Source of the DNA: a virus
Lineage: Duplodnaviria > Caudoviricetes
Virus record (IMG/VR): IMGVR_UViG_3300022555_000030
Span: 24,295 to 88,294 of that record
Strand: one strand, 5' to 3'
Length of the DNA stretch: 64,000 bases
Shown: one piece after another, positions 26,809-37,332 of the stretch
Numbering within the stretch: the stretch's first letter is position 1
Layout: the number at the start of each line of letters is the position of its first letter
Notes under the pieces: model-generated
Databases searched by the model: none
Told to the model about the DNA's origin: nothing
What the model saw: only the letters and a program-made list of their open reading frames with translations
Position numbers and translations under genes: made by a program

Positions 26809-27393
26809 TTACTCCTCTATCCTATCAATTAAACCTAATTCTAATGCTTCTTTACAATCATAATATTGTGGGGTGCTTTCATCAAGAATTGATGCCCAAA
26901 ATTCTTTTGTATGATGAATAGGATCTTCTGAAGTATTCTCAATTGCAATAATTTCAGAAAAATCTACTTGGAACTTATCCATAATCTTTTTCTGTGAATC
27001 AATATCTTTCTTATCACCAATAGAAAATCCTGATGCTCCATGGCACATAAGTACATCATATTTACCCATTATTCGTTCATCACAACATTGTAAAATCATA
27101 AAAGCTATAGACATTGCATAGCCTTGAACATTTCCAATAAATCTAATACCCTGTTTTTGAAATTCTTTCATTGCACGAATAATAGCTAAACCACCATATA
27201 CTTCACCACCAGGAGATGAAATATTCAATTTGATATCTTTATGCCCATAATATATAGCATATTTAACTTGTGCTCTAAAGTATGATATCTCATTCCCAAA
27301 TATTTCATCACATATTTCAACTTCACCATTTTTACCAGAGATATAATCTTTAAATTCAAATTTAAGCTTTACATCTAATTCAAGATCTTTCAA
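26809..27393 (-). CDS. clpP: ClpP-like serine protease (S14), copy 2
   Basis: ISSPGGEVYGG, AMSIA (Ser), LMCHG (His), EALELGLID; probable TTG start with SD AAGGAG. Confidence 0.85.
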   Translation of the reverse strand: MKDLELDVKLKFEFKDYISGKNGEVEICDEIFGNEISYFRAQVKYAIYYGHKDIKLNISSPGGEVYGGLAIIRAMKEFQKQGIRFIGNVQGYAMSIAFMILQCCDERIMGKYDVLMCHGASGFSIGDKKDIDSQKKIMDKFQVDFSEIIAIENTSEDPIHHTKEFWASILDESTPQYYDCKEALELGLIDRIEE

Positions 27394-27448
27394 TTAGTAA
27401 CTCCTTTATATATTTATATTATACACTATTTATTAGAATGCAAGTAAA

Positions 27449-30343
27449 CTAAATACTACATTTTCCCCCATCACATTCACTAAGATGCCCATCATTAGTG
27501 GCTTTTAATGGTGCATCTCTACTACCATCACGATATACTGTAATTCCTTTACAACCTAAAGAATGAGCAAGAAGATATGCATCATTAATATGCTCTAAAG
27601 TTGCATTATTATGAAGATTAATAGTCTTACTTACTGCATTATCTGTATATTGCTGAAATGCTGCTTGCATATTAATATGCTGTTCAATTGTTAATTCATG
27701 AGAAGTGACTACAGCCATTTCCTGTTCTTCAGTATATTTTTTACTAAGATCCAATTTTACTCCATTCAGCACAGTCTTTGTATATTCTCTAGCAAATAAT
27801 GGCTCAATACTACTAGATGTATTAGCTAATACAGAGAGGGTACCGGTCGGGGCGATTGTGGTGAGGGTTGCATTACGTCTTTTTAATTGCTCTAATGCCC
27901 CTAAACCTTTTTCTTTGCCTAAATCTCTTGAAGTCATATGAGCAACTTCTCTAATATTCATCATAAGCCTTTTAGCAAGTTTTATGGCTTCTTCTGAGTC
28001 ATATCTAATACCCATTTCGATAAGAGCATCAGCCCAACCCATAATTCCTAAACCTACTTTTCGAGTCATTTTTGTTTTACGTTCAATTTTAATAGTAGGG
28101 AACTTATTTACATCAATAACATCATCAAGAAATCTAGCTGCAATAGCTACCACTACTGCTAATTTATCCCAATCAATTTTATTCCCTTTTATAAATTTTG
28201 CTATATCAATAGACCCTAAATTACAACTTTCATATGGTAAAAGAGGTTGCTCTCCACATTGCATTGTATTTATAAATATCTGTTCTTTCCCATTTTCAAA
28301 ACCGCCTATATAATAATTATGGAAATCATCGACTGTACCATTATAAACATCTTCATATCCATCTTCCGTAACATAAATTACTTTATGATTTGAATATACA
28401 AATAATTCTTTTGGAATACCTTTACGTTGTTCAGCAAGTTTATTATTCCAGCATTTATGGCTACAATAAGAAACTTCTCTTTTTGCCCATTTTACTGAAA
28501 AATTAATGCCACATCTCTCACATTTTTTCTCAACCATTACAATATTATTATTCAAATAACATCTTAAATCTGTTTTATTTTTACATTCTTCTAACTTTTG
28601 TTGAGATCGTTCTTTAATAGCTAAATCAAGATTTTCTAGAGCGTTATTAAGACCATTCCTATCTTTATGATGAACAATTGATTTATAGCCTATTTTTCCA
28701 AAACCATAATTAGCAATTAATCTATGCTCTAAATTAAAAGTTTTTTCATTGCTATTTTTTATCCATATATAATCTTGAGAAATGCTATTTGAATGCGCTA
28801 AAATTTCGTTAAATTTAGCTTTTTTCTTAATTAAAATATTTAAACTATCTCCATTTTGTAATTTCTCTGCTTCTTTTTTAGTTCCATCTGAAAGAATAAA
28901 TTTATGATTTCCAGTAACTCTTAAGCTATTACCATCATCTAAAGTAATCTTATATATTTTTTGTGAATATCCTGTAACTCTTGGATTTCTTAATATTCTA
29001 ATTTTTGTTTTTCCATTATCACTACAATATACAGGAACATCTTTTCCTTCTTCTGCTAATTGTTTAATTGATATTGCACCTCTCCCATCTGCAATTGCAA
29101 TTAAAGTATCTCCCGATAAACAAGGGTTAGTTCCTTCAATATTCCCAAGCCATGGAGTAGGATTTTTAGCATTAATAGAGTCTAAGAATATAAGTCCGGG
29201 TTCTCCAGTCTTCCAAGCTTGGGTGCATATAGCCTCCCATAATCTTTCAGCTTTAATATATATCTTTTCTTTAGTCCTAGGATTAATTAAAGGATATCCA
29301 TTCCTTTGCTTTACTGCTTTTAAGAAATTATCAGTAATTCCTACACTCATATTAAAATTACTAAATTGAGAAATATCTTCCTTACATCTTATAAAATTAA
29401 AAATATCTGGATGAGAACAATGAAGAATACCCATATTTGCTCCACGGCGAACACCACCTTGCTTAACTACATCAGTAGCAGTATCAAATACTCTCATAAA
29501 TGATACTGGGCCAGAAGCAACACCGGATGTACTTGCGACCATACTATTTGCTGGTCTTATATTAGAGAATAAAAGCCCGGTACCCCCTCCACTTTTATGT
29601 ATAAGCGCTGTTTGTTTCACTTGTTCAAAAATATTAGATAAATTATCCTCCATCGGGAGAAGAAAACAATTATGAACAAAAATATTATTTGCAGCAAAAT
29701 TATGATATTTATCTACTGATAAATCATATACATCTTCTCTACCGCAATATTCTATAGATACGACTTTATGATTATAATCATAATTAAGAGGCATTATTGA
29801 TTGACCTACAGATAATTCATCTACTCTACTAAATTTACCATTTCTATGCATAATAAGATGATCTTTTGTAGCTTTTAATTCACTCCCGTCATCAAATTTA
29901 ATTAAGAATACTTCTTCATTTTTTCTTGTTAATCTAGGATTAAAAGCCTTTCCTATACCTAACTCTGAAAAAGATGCAGCACAAAAAACATCAAATTTTT
30001 CATTAGGTTTATCTTTATATTTTTCTGCTAATTCTTTTATTGTAAAATCACCAGCACAAGTTCTAATAATAGTATTCCCAGAAAGACAAGCACTCAATTG
30101 TCCTAATTCTTTTCCTGAATTCATAAGTGTAGGACTATTAGGTAAAAATTCAAGAGTATCCATAATACTCATAAATTTATCATACCAATAATTTTTTAAT
30201 TCATTTGTTTTCTCTGCATTTGATATATGTTTTGCAACACGCTCAAGCATTTGGTCTGGTGTCTCTATTACAACCCCTTTTTTATCTTTTAATAGATATC
30301 TTGCTTCCAAAATAGGAATAGCATTATTACTCCATTTAGCCAT
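27449..30343 (-). CDS. nrdJ: Class II (B12-dependent) ribonucleotide reductase with two inteins
   Basis: FLPNSPTL, QLSA/CF, RRGANMG, GEPG, NP/CGE, SCNLGS, TIAPTG, SKTIN; C-terminal Cys pair. Confidence 0.93.
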   Translation of the reverse strand: MAKWSNNAIPILEARYLLKDKKGVVIETPDQMLERVAKHISNAEKTNELKNYWYDKFMSIMDTLEFLPNSPTLMNSGKELGQLSACLSGNTIIRTCAGDFTIKELAEKYKDKPNEKFDVFCAASFSELGIGKAFNPRLTRKNEEVFLIKFDDGSELKATKDHLIMHRNGKFSRVDELSVGQSIMPLNYDYNHKVVSIEYCGREDVYDLSVDKYHNFAANNIFVHNCFLLPMEDNLSNIFEQVKQTALIHKSGGGTGLLFSNIRPANSMVASTSGVASGPVSFMRVFDTATDVVKQGGVRRGANMGILHCSHPDIFNFIRCKEDISQFSNFNMSVGITDNFLKAVKQRNGYPLINPRTKEKIYIKAERLWEAICTQAWKTGEPGLIFLDSINAKNPTPWLGNIEGTNPCLSGDTLIAIADGRGAISIKQLAEEGKDVPVYCSDNGKTKIRILRNPRVTGYSQKIYKITLDDGNSLRVTGNHKFILSDGTKKEAEKLQNGDSLNILIKKKAKFNEILAHSNSISQDYIWIKNSNEKTFNLEHRLIANYGFGKIGYKSIVHHKDRNGLNNALENLDLAIKERSQQKLEECKNKTDLRCYLNNNIVMVEKKCERCGINFSVKWAKREVSYCSHKCWNNKLAEQRKGIPKELFVYSNHKVIYVTEDGYEDVYNGTVDDFHNYYIGGFENGKEQIFINTMQCGEQPLLPYESCNLGSIDIAKFIKGNKIDWDKLAVVVAIAARFLDDVIDVNKFPTIKIERKTKMTRKVGLGIMGWADALIEMGIRYDSEEAIKLAKRLMMNIREVAHMTSRDLGKEKGLGALEQLKRRNATLTTIAPTGTLSVLANTSSSIEPLFAREYTKTVLNGVKLDLSKKYTEEQEMAVVTSHELTIEQHINMQAAFQQYTDNAVSKTINLHNNATLEHINDAYLLAHSLGCKGITVYRDGSRDAPLKATNDGHLSECDGGKCSI
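28259..29122 (-). mobile_element. Intein (288 aa) at NP/CGE with HNH domain and C-terminal Gln
   Basis: CLSGDT...TGNH...HRL...VHHKD.N..NN..ENL...VYNGTVDDFHNY...INTMQ followed by Cys+1. Confidence 0.9.
29669..30088 (-). mobile_element. Mini-intein (140 aa) at QLSA/CF
   Basis: CLSGNT...TKDH...VYDLSV...FVHN followed by Cys+1. Confidence 0.92.
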
Positions 30344-30383
30344 TAATTTCCTCTCTAAGATATTATTTATTTATTACTTTATA

Positions 30384-30410
30384 AGTATATATTAATATCA
30401 TTTATAGCAA
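30384..30410 (-). promoter_or_regulatory. Promoter TTGCTA-N15-TATACT for the RNR operon
   Basis: Consensus match on the minus strand. Confidence 0.7.
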
Positions 30411-30428
30411 AAATAATTATTATATTAA

Positions 30429-30881
30429 TTATTCATTAGTCATTCTTATCCAACCATATTGACAAATACATGAAGCATCAGCGAGATCTTGATTTGTAAT
30501 TAAATCCCCCCATTTTGCTTTTGCAAATTCCATAATAGCTTCTTTTTGCACTTTGCCATTACCAAGTATTGATTTTTTCCAACTCGTGACTTCTACCGTT
30601 TGTACAGGAATATTATTAAGTACACAGGCAAATCTTACCGCGTCAACTACTGAATGAATAGCTAATGTCACTTTGATATTCTGAAGATATGGAGAATTTT
30701 CTACAAATACCATATCAGGATTTAATACTTTAATAGCAGTTTTTACTTTTAAAAACATTTCATTAATACGCATATTTGTATCTTTATTATTTGATTCTAT
30801 TTCAACTCTAACATTTTCTCCATTATCAATAACAAATATTGCAATCTTTTTTGTACTACAGTCTATACCTGCTACTATCAT
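30429..30881 (-). CDS. RuvC-like Holliday junction resolvase
   Basis: AGIDCS, VFVE, DLADA. Confidence 0.85.
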   Translation of the reverse strand: MIVAGIDCSTKKIAIFVIDNGENVRVEIESNNKDTNMRINEMFLKVKTAIKVLNPDMVFVENSPYLQNIKVTLAIHSVVDAVRFACVLNNIPVQTVEVTSWKKSILGNGKVQKEAIMEFAKAKWGDLITNQDLADASCICQYGWIRMTNE

Positions 30882-30883
30882 CT

Positions 30884-31657
30884 TTATACTCCTATACTAT
30901 GACAAAGTGAAAAATATCCACACCATTTTTCTCCGCACCACCAACCGCAAGGATTTGGAGGGAATATCCCTGAATTAATTTGCTTATCAATATTAATAAT
31001 AAGATTTTTAAACCATTCAATATCATTAATAGTCTTAGATACATGAACTAATTGTATTTCAGGTACCTTCTTCTTTACTGCTACATGGAATGTGAATTCA
31101 CGTTTTCCATTTAATAATGCATATGAATAAGGTTGTAGTTCTTTATTAGCATCATCTTGTGACATTGAACGACTTTTTAATTTATGATCTGCTGTTTCTC
31201 CTAATAATTCTAAATCAATAAACCCCATAAAATGAATATCGCCTATATTAACATCCCTTCTTTGTTCTACTGCCAATGGACGTATCATAGGTGCAATCTT
31301 AGAATGATATACCTTTAATGCATTTATAGTTTCATCTTTAAGTTCACCGGGGTCTTTATCTTCCCAATTAACTTTTTCTTCTATAATATCATTAAAGTCT
31401 TCATCATCTTTTACTGCTTTAGTATTATTATCCCATGATGTTGAGAATGCATCTAACAAATCATTAGCAAGTAAATCATCCCCTGTTCTAATTTTATTTT
31501 CAAAATTAGCTTTTAATGCTTCATGATAAGATGACCCTTGCACAAGTGCGCCTGATGGTCTAATCTTTAACCCTTTAATATAACGAAATTCCCATTGTCG
31601 AGGACAATGCAACATAGTCCCTATTTGTGAATTACTTATATACTCTGGTCTTCCCAT
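30884..31657 (-). CDS. PD-(D/E)XK exonuclease (RecB/Cas4-like)
   Basis: SNSQI...CPRQW...GSSYHE...GFIDL...DHK...C-terminal Cys cluster. Confidence 0.85.
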   Translation of the reverse strand: MGRPEYISNSQIGTMLHCPRQWEFRYIKGLKIRPSGALVQGSSYHEALKANFENKIRTGDDLLANDLLDAFSTSWDNNTKAVKDDEDFNDIIEEKVNWEDKDPGELKDETINALKVYHSKIAPMIRPLAVEQRRDVNIGDIHFMGFIDLELLGETADHKLKSRSMSQDDANKELQPYSYALLNGKREFTFHVAVKKKVPEIQLVHVSKTINDIEWFKNLIINIDKQINSGIFPPNPCGWWCGEKWCGYFSLCHSIGV

Positions 31658-31660
31658 TAT

Positions 31661-31957
31661 TTATTCTCCTTCTATCTCTAAAAACTTATTTAATTCTTCT
31701 TTATCTTCTTCTGATTTATAACGAAATATTTGTATCTTATAAGCCTCTAATATATATTTATCTCTTTTTTCATCTCTTCTTTTACCATGAAAAGGTTTCC
31801 CATCATATTCTATTGCCTTATTAAGTTCTGGGAGAAAAATATCTAAAATAAATGGTTCTACTTTATATTCTAGAATTGTTTGTAATCCTTTACTTTCTAT
31901 ATATTTCTGTAAATCCATTTGGCCTTTTGTAAATCTAGTAGGTATAGTATGCGCCAT
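31661..31957 (-). CDS. DUF559/Vsr-like endonuclease
   Basis: LDIFLPE...AIEYDG..FH...DEKRD. Confidence 0.8.
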   Translation of the reverse strand: MAHTIPTRFTKGQMDLQKYIESKGLQTILEYKVEPFILDIFLPELNKAIEYDGKPFHGKRRDEKRDKYILEAYKIQIFRYKSEEDKEELNKFLEIEGE

Positions 31958-32496
31958 TATTTTGAACCATCTCTTATTATTACCCCGGCTTCTATTAGAA
32001 GATCATATCCAGTAATACCAACTTGTTTATAAATAACAGGTTCTCCTTTTAAAATAACTTCTTTAATGCCGGCATTAATAATAAGTTTAGCACATTCCCT
32101 ACAGGGCATAATTTGAGAATTAATATATATTGCTGAATTATCAATTTTTACACCATTTCTTGCTGCAAAGACTATTGCATTAGCTTCTGCGTGAGTAGCA
32201 GAACAGTATTCTAATCCTTCCCCGGATTTATAACCCATCCTTTGTCGTGGACATTCAAATTTCGGTTTATATACACTATGAATAAAATCGTTTAAAGTCT
32301 TTAATTTGGCCCATTCCCCTCTATCATTACGCCATTCACAATGCATTATCCCAGATGGTGGCCCATTATATCCTGTACTTAATATCCTTCTATTATTAAC
32401 TATTATACATCCAAGGTTTCGTGATAAACAGTGAGACTTTTTAGATACTTCATCTGCTATATTTAAAAAATATTTATCCCAAGTTAAGTTGTCCAT
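31957..32496 (-). CDS. dCMP deaminase
   Basis: STGYNG, HAEANAI, PCRECAK. Confidence 0.92.
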   Translation of the reverse strand: MDNLTWDKYFLNIADEVSKKSHCLSRNLGCIIVNNRRILSTGYNGPPSGIMHCEWRNDRGEWAKLKTLNDFIHSVYKPKFECPRQRMGYKSGEGLEYCSATHAEANAIVFAARNGVKIDNSAIYINSQIMPCRECAKLIINAGIKEVILKGEPVIYKQVGITGYDLLIEAGVIIRDGSK

Positions 32497-33490
32497 CTAC
32501 TATTCCTTCTTCTTTATTTACTTTCTCAAGTTTTGCTACTTCACCACGTAATGCTGCCCGTAATTTATCACAAATTTCTGTATTGCCTGTAAGTGCTTCT
32601 CGTAATTTTAATTTCCCATGAATTTTTTCACCAAATAAATAATATGATGCTCTATCATGAGGAATAATATTATTTTCAAGGCATATTTCTATTAACCCGC
32701 CAATAGAATCTATCATACCACCTTCATAAATAAAAGGCAATTCACAACTTTGGAATTGTTTACCACTAACTTTATCTTTTTCAAGAGTAATTCTTTGAGT
32801 AAATCCAATCTTTTTAGCATTATCATCTTTAATTGCTGAACCTCTTGATATAAACATCATTAAAGATGCAAAATCTTCTTGAGCTTTACCGCCTGGAATA
32901 GACTTACTTGCAAATCTTCCTACACCTTCTCTAATATGATTTAATAATACTAATACTGAATTATGATTCTTTTGTTGTGCAAGTCTTATCCCTCTAGTAT
33001 TACATTTAGCTATTTCAGTACCATATGATACATTCTCCATAGATGTATCAATAACCGTAGGAATAATAGCATCAAGACTATCCATAACAATAAGGTCTAC
33101 TTCATTATCAATAGCTTTATGAACATAATCCCATGCTTGTTCCCCATAATCTGGAATTAATATAGGAAGATCAGTAACATCCACACCAACAGTAGCACAC
33201 CAATCGGGTTCAAAAGTCTTATCAATACAAACATATAATATTTTCTTACCAAGTTTTTGAACCATAGCAAATAATTTATAACAAAGAAATGTTTTGCCTA
33301 CTGATCCTTCCCCATATATTAAAGTGAATCTGCCATAAGGTAATCCGCCATTTGTTAAATCATCTAGTAAATCAATACCAAAAGGAATTTTTTCTTTCTT
33401 TAATTTTTTATCATTACCAGTAGTTAATATCATACCTTTAATTTTCTTTTCTGATAATCCTTTAATTACATCATCCGCCATTGTCCCCAT
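32474..33490 (-). CDS. recA: RecA-like recombinase
   Basis: GEGSVGKT, VMDSL, NHIR, PGGKA. Confidence 0.9.
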   Translation of the reverse strand: MGTMADDVIKGLSEKKIKGMILTTGNDKKLKKEKIPFGIDLLDDLTNGGLPYGRFTLIYGEGSVGKTFLCYKLFAMVQKLGKKILYVCIDKTFEPDWCATVGVDVTDLPILIPDYGEQAWDYVHKAIDNEVDLIVMDSLDAIIPTVIDTSMENVSYGTEIAKCNTRGIRLAQQKNHNSVLVLLNHIREGVGRFASKSIPGGKAQEDFASLMMFISRGSAIKDDNAKKIGFTQRITLEKDKVSGKQFQSCELPFIYEGGMIDSIGGLIEICLENNIIPHDRASYYLFGEKIHGKLKLREALTGNTEICDKLRAALRGEVAKLEKVNKEEGIVDGQLNLG

Positions 33491-33510
33491 ACTTTGTACC
33501 TCTCATTTAT

Positions 33511-36222
33511 TTATCTATAATAATATTTTTTTATTTTATAATCGTTCCGTTTATTATATAATTCACAATTATATGCATCTATTCTATTAAAATACTTTTC
33601 TTTATCAAATTCTAATGCTCCTGCAGCTAATAATGCTTCTATGATTCTCTTATTAATTTTATTCTTAGGAACACGATTCATAAAATTTTCTAATGATGTA
33701 TATTTACCATTCTTTATACGTTCTTGTTCTATTATTGCTGCTGCCTTACTACCTATATTTTTAATACTTAATAAACCTTCCCGTATAGTATTATTAATTA
33801 ATGAATAATCTGATGATGAATTAATATGAGGTGTTAATATCTTTATTCCTTCACATACTGCATCAACCTTATATTTTAATATATCCTCATCAAAAAGTGC
33901 ATGCTTTATTTTTATAAACCAAAAATATTTAGAATAATATAATTTATAAAACATTTGGTATATACTAATTACAGCATAACCTGTTGCATGGCCTTTATTA
34001 AAAGAATAAACAACCATACTATTAAATAATTCATCTGCATCTTTTTCTATATACCCTGATTTACAAGCCCCAGCAACAAATTTGCTTCTTAATATATCCT
34101 CTTCAGTTTTACGTTTAGCTAATACCGTTTCACTAATAGAACCACCCTTTAATAATTTCATTAGCTTATCTATATCACCCCATTCCATAAGTCCTATATT
34201 ACGGCATATAGCCATAATTTGTTCCTGATAGACAATAGTTCCATATGTTTCTTTTGTATATTTAAGGAATGGATTAGCATCATCCATAATCATTTTTGAT
34301 TTATTCTCAGCATATTTTTGAGGCATCTTTAAAGATAATGGCCCAGGACGATTTAATGCTTCTGCTGCAATAATGTCTTCAACACAATCAGCCTTCATAC
34401 CTTGCAATATATTTTTAGCCGCATTCTTTTCAAATTGGAATATGCCATCAGTATTACCTTTAGCAAATTCCTGGAATAAATCAGAATTATTAAAGACTTC
34501 ATAATCTACTTTTACATTAGTTAAAATCTCTAATTCTTTTAATTCTGATACAGTCTTTAACCCTAAAATATCAAATTTAATTACATTAATACTTTCAAGA
34601 TTTAATAAATCATACGCTGTTACAAATTTATCAGTTCTTTTTTGAATAGCTGTGTATTTAATAATATCTACAGGGGTAATAGCTATGCCAGCTGCATGTA
34701 CACTAATAAACCTTACTTGCTTATAAAGATTAATAAAATGAATAATAATATTATCATAAGTTGTATTATATTCATTATAACGTTTATCTGTGGTAAGCTT
34801 TACAATATTTAGTGCATCTTCAATAATATATTCACTAATATAATTCTTAATCTTTACTTTAACATCCGCTGCATTGCATACTTTGCATAAATCATTCATT
34901 AAAACATCCGGCTTATATAACCCATAACTGCATATTTGTGCGGCTCTTCCTTCATACTTATTAAGTATATAATTAATGACTTCATCCCGTCTTTCCTTTT
35001 CAAAATCAAGGTCAATATCAGGTAATTTTTTCTTATCCATTCTTAAAAATCTATTAAAATCAAGTTTAAAGAATATAGAATCTACTTCAGTAATACCTAA
35101 TGCATATGCAATTAATGAATTACAAACTGATCCTCTCCCGGTACCAACTTTAATTTCATTATTTTTAGCATATTTTACATAGTCTTCTACTATTAAGAAA
35201 TAGTCTTCAAAGCCATGCTTTGTAATTACTTCATACTCTTCTTTTGCTCGTAATACATATTCCCTATTATATTTATTTAATTGTTTTAATCCAGCAATAA
35301 TATTATCATGCAATAATACTTTACTATCTATATTGGGATCAAATTTAGGAATCTCCAACTTTAAATTGCTTAAAATTTTATCTTCAACTTTATTGTATAA
35401 ATCATTCATATTATTAATTATTGTTCTAAGCAAATGCTTTTGCTCAGGATGCATTCCTAAAAATCTTTGGTATAATTCTTTAGGGGATGGCATATAACGA
35501 TCAATATAAGTTGCTATAACTTCTACTTCATTCTGAATTCCACCAATTTTATGCATTTTAATATATGTAGGGAAATCTTCTTTAGAACTATAATGGCTAT
35601 CTGATGTTAATATAAGTTTTACATTACTTATTTCTGATAATTCAAAAAGACATTTATTTATAATTTGCTGCCTATTACTTAATTCAATATTCTTTATCTT
35701 CCCAGGGCTTATTTCATATGGCATAATTTCTATATACATATCATCATGAAATATTTCAATAAATTGCCCCATTTCATGCATAATAATAGAGCCCTTTTCA
35801 TCATCTATTACTAATGATGGGATATAACCATCCACACAAGCAGTGCTGCAAATTAATCCTTCATGATATTTTTTTAATAAATCAAAAGTAACAATTGGAT
35901 GATAATAAAATGTATCTTTACTCGCTTCAGTAATTATTCTATTAAGATTTTCATAGCCTTTAATATTTTTAATAAAAAGGCATAAATGATATCTTGGCTT
36001 TTCTTTATCAAATTCTGGTTGGAAATATGCTTCTATGCCTAATATAGGTTTAATATCATTATCATTACAAGCATTATAATGTTCAATTAAGCCACTAATA
36101 TTACCATGGTTTGATATGCCTAATGCTTTATGACCTTTTTGTTTAGCGAGCATAGCTAACTTTGCAGCTTTGCCATACCCATCAAAACTACTAAATTCAT
36201 CATGTCTATGTAAATCAAACAT
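33511..36222 (-). CDS. dnaE: DNA polymerase III alpha-like (family C) with PHP domain
   Basis: LHRHDEFSSFDG, GRGS, PDIDLDF, HAAG, KFDILGL, YSFNKGHA. Confidence 0.95.
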   Translation of the reverse strand: MFDLHRHDEFSSFDGYGKAAKLAMLAKQKGHKALGISNHGNISGLIEHYNACNDNDIKPILGIEAYFQPEFDKEKPRYHLCLFIKNIKGYENLNRIITEASKDTFYYHPIVTFDLLKKYHEGLICSTACVDGYIPSLVIDDEKGSIIMHEMGQFIEIFHDDMYIEIMPYEISPGKIKNIELSNRQQIINKCLFELSEISNVKLILTSDSHYSSKEDFPTYIKMHKIGGIQNEVEVIATYIDRYMPSPKELYQRFLGMHPEQKHLLRTIINNMNDLYNKVEDKILSNLKLEIPKFDPNIDSKVLLHDNIIAGLKQLNKYNREYVLRAKEEYEVITKHGFEDYFLIVEDYVKYAKNNEIKVGTGRGSVCNSLIAYALGITEVDSIFFKLDFNRFLRMDKKKLPDIDLDFEKERRDEVINYILNKYEGRAAQICSYGLYKPDVLMNDLCKVCNAADVKVKIKNYISEYIIEDALNIVKLTTDKRYNEYNTTYDNIIIHFINLYKQVRFISVHAAGIAITPVDIIKYTAIQKRTDKFVTAYDLLNLESINVIKFDILGLKTVSELKELEILTNVKVDYEVFNNSDLFQEFAKGNTDGIFQFEKNAAKNILQGMKADCVEDIIAAEALNRPGPLSLKMPQKYAENKSKMIMDDANPFLKYTKETYGTIVYQEQIMAICRNIGLMEWGDIDKLMKLLKGGSISETVLAKRKTEEDILRSKFVAGACKSGYIEKDADELFNSMVVYSFNKGHATGYAVISIYQMFYKLYYSKYFWFIKIKHALFDEDILKYKVDAVCEGIKILTPHINSSSDYSLINNTIREGLLSIKNIGSKAAAIIEQERIKNGKYTSLENFMNRVPKNKINKRIIEALLAAGALEFDKEKYFNRIDAYNCELYNKRNDYKIKKYYYR

Positions 36223-36581
36223 TATTTGCTCTTACATTTATTTTTGATTATATTTTCTATATTATCAGAATTATATAATGCACTTATAATTTTAATATAT
36301 GCTGATACATCCATTAATCTAGACTTTATATTCTCTATTTTACCATCTTCACCACGTTCTAATAATGAAAATACTGCATCCAATTGTTTTAGCATATAAG
36401 TGCATGCAATCCCTTCCGGAGTAGACCAATCAGTATTTGGGTATAATTGTTTAATGACTGATACTCTTCTAATTGCTGTATAATTATCCCCAAACTCAGT
36501 ACCGTTATATTCTAAATTCTTTTTCTTATGGAGTTCTATTTCTTCTTCACAGAATTTAACAAAATTATCAGTTTTATTCAT
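36222..36581 (-). CDS. Small helical protein, DUF1599/nucleotide-modification-associated-like
   Basis: KKNLEY...DNY...KQLD...ENIKSRLMDVSAY pattern; nucleotide-metabolism gene context. Confidence 0.55.
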   Translation of the reverse strand: MNKTDNFVKFCEEEIELHKKKNLEYNGTEFGDNYTAIRRVSVIKQLYPNTDWSTPEGIACTYMLKQLDAVFSLLERGEDGKIENIKSRLMDVSAYIKIISALYNSDNIENIIKNKCKSK

Positions 36582-37306
36582 TACTGTCCCCTTATACTCT
36601 TAAACTTTTTATCCCATGCCTGCATTGGCCATGTGACTCCACAAGGATGTTTTTGCCGGCATTTATTATTAGTAACACAATCAGGCCCAAGAATTGGGAA
36701 TATTTCAGGGGCAGTTTCTTTTAATAATTTATATACACAACCAGCAACATAAAGTGTCTCTGACGTATTCCTAAGGCAAAGACGCTGATTAAGTATCCAT
36801 TTCCATTCACGAGCATTAGCAGTCATCAATAAATTCAATCGAGTTGCATTAGTAAGTACTTGCCTTGCAACTTCATGCTTAACCTTTAATTTGTCTTTTA
36901 AATATAAGTAATTATCAATTGCTGTCTGTTGGGCTTCATGATAAAATGATTGTGCATCTATATCTGCTTCAATAATTTCTATAGGAGTTACATATGATAA
37001 ATTTTCTGCATCATAATTAATCCAATGTTGGGAAGAAGCAGTGAATGAAGCAAGCCTATGACGAGTAATTTGAGCTAAAAAGCTTCTACTAACACCTTCA
37101 AAAAGAAATGTATATACAAAGTGTTCAAATACACTTTCATGCCCCATTTCTAATAATGTTTTAGTAAGATTATTTTTATCTTCATAACTCTGCATCTCTG
37201 AAGATATATCATTCTGCCATTTACCATTTGATGTAAGTTTAGCAATAGCCGCAGGACTATAATCCATCTTTGTCGCTTGGTGTATTGTTACTTTAATTTT
37301 ATCCAT
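36581..37306 (-). CDS. thyX: Flavin-dependent thymidylate synthase, variant
   Basis: GHESVFEH, SRSFLAQITRHRLASFTASSQH, AREW. Confidence 0.85.
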   Translation of the reverse strand: MDKIKVTIHQATKMDYSPAAIAKLTSNGKWQNDISSEMQSYEDKNNLTKTLLEMGHESVFEHFVYTFLFEGVSRSFLAQITRHRLASFTASSQHWINYDAENLSYVTPIEIIEADIDAQSFYHEAQQTAIDNYLYLKDKLKVKHEVARQVLTNATRLNLLMTANAREWKWILNQRLCLRNTSETLYVAGCVYKLLKETAPEIFPILGPDCVTNNKCRQKHPCGVTWPMQAWDKKFKSIRGQ

Positions 37307-37332
37307 TCTCTTATCCTTTCGTCTATTTATTA

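Noticed and set aside
30884-31657. PD-(D/E)XK nuclease as evidence of a CRISPR Cas4 system
   Set aside because: It is a stand-alone phage exonuclease in a RuvC/RecA context, with no cas1/cas2 or array.
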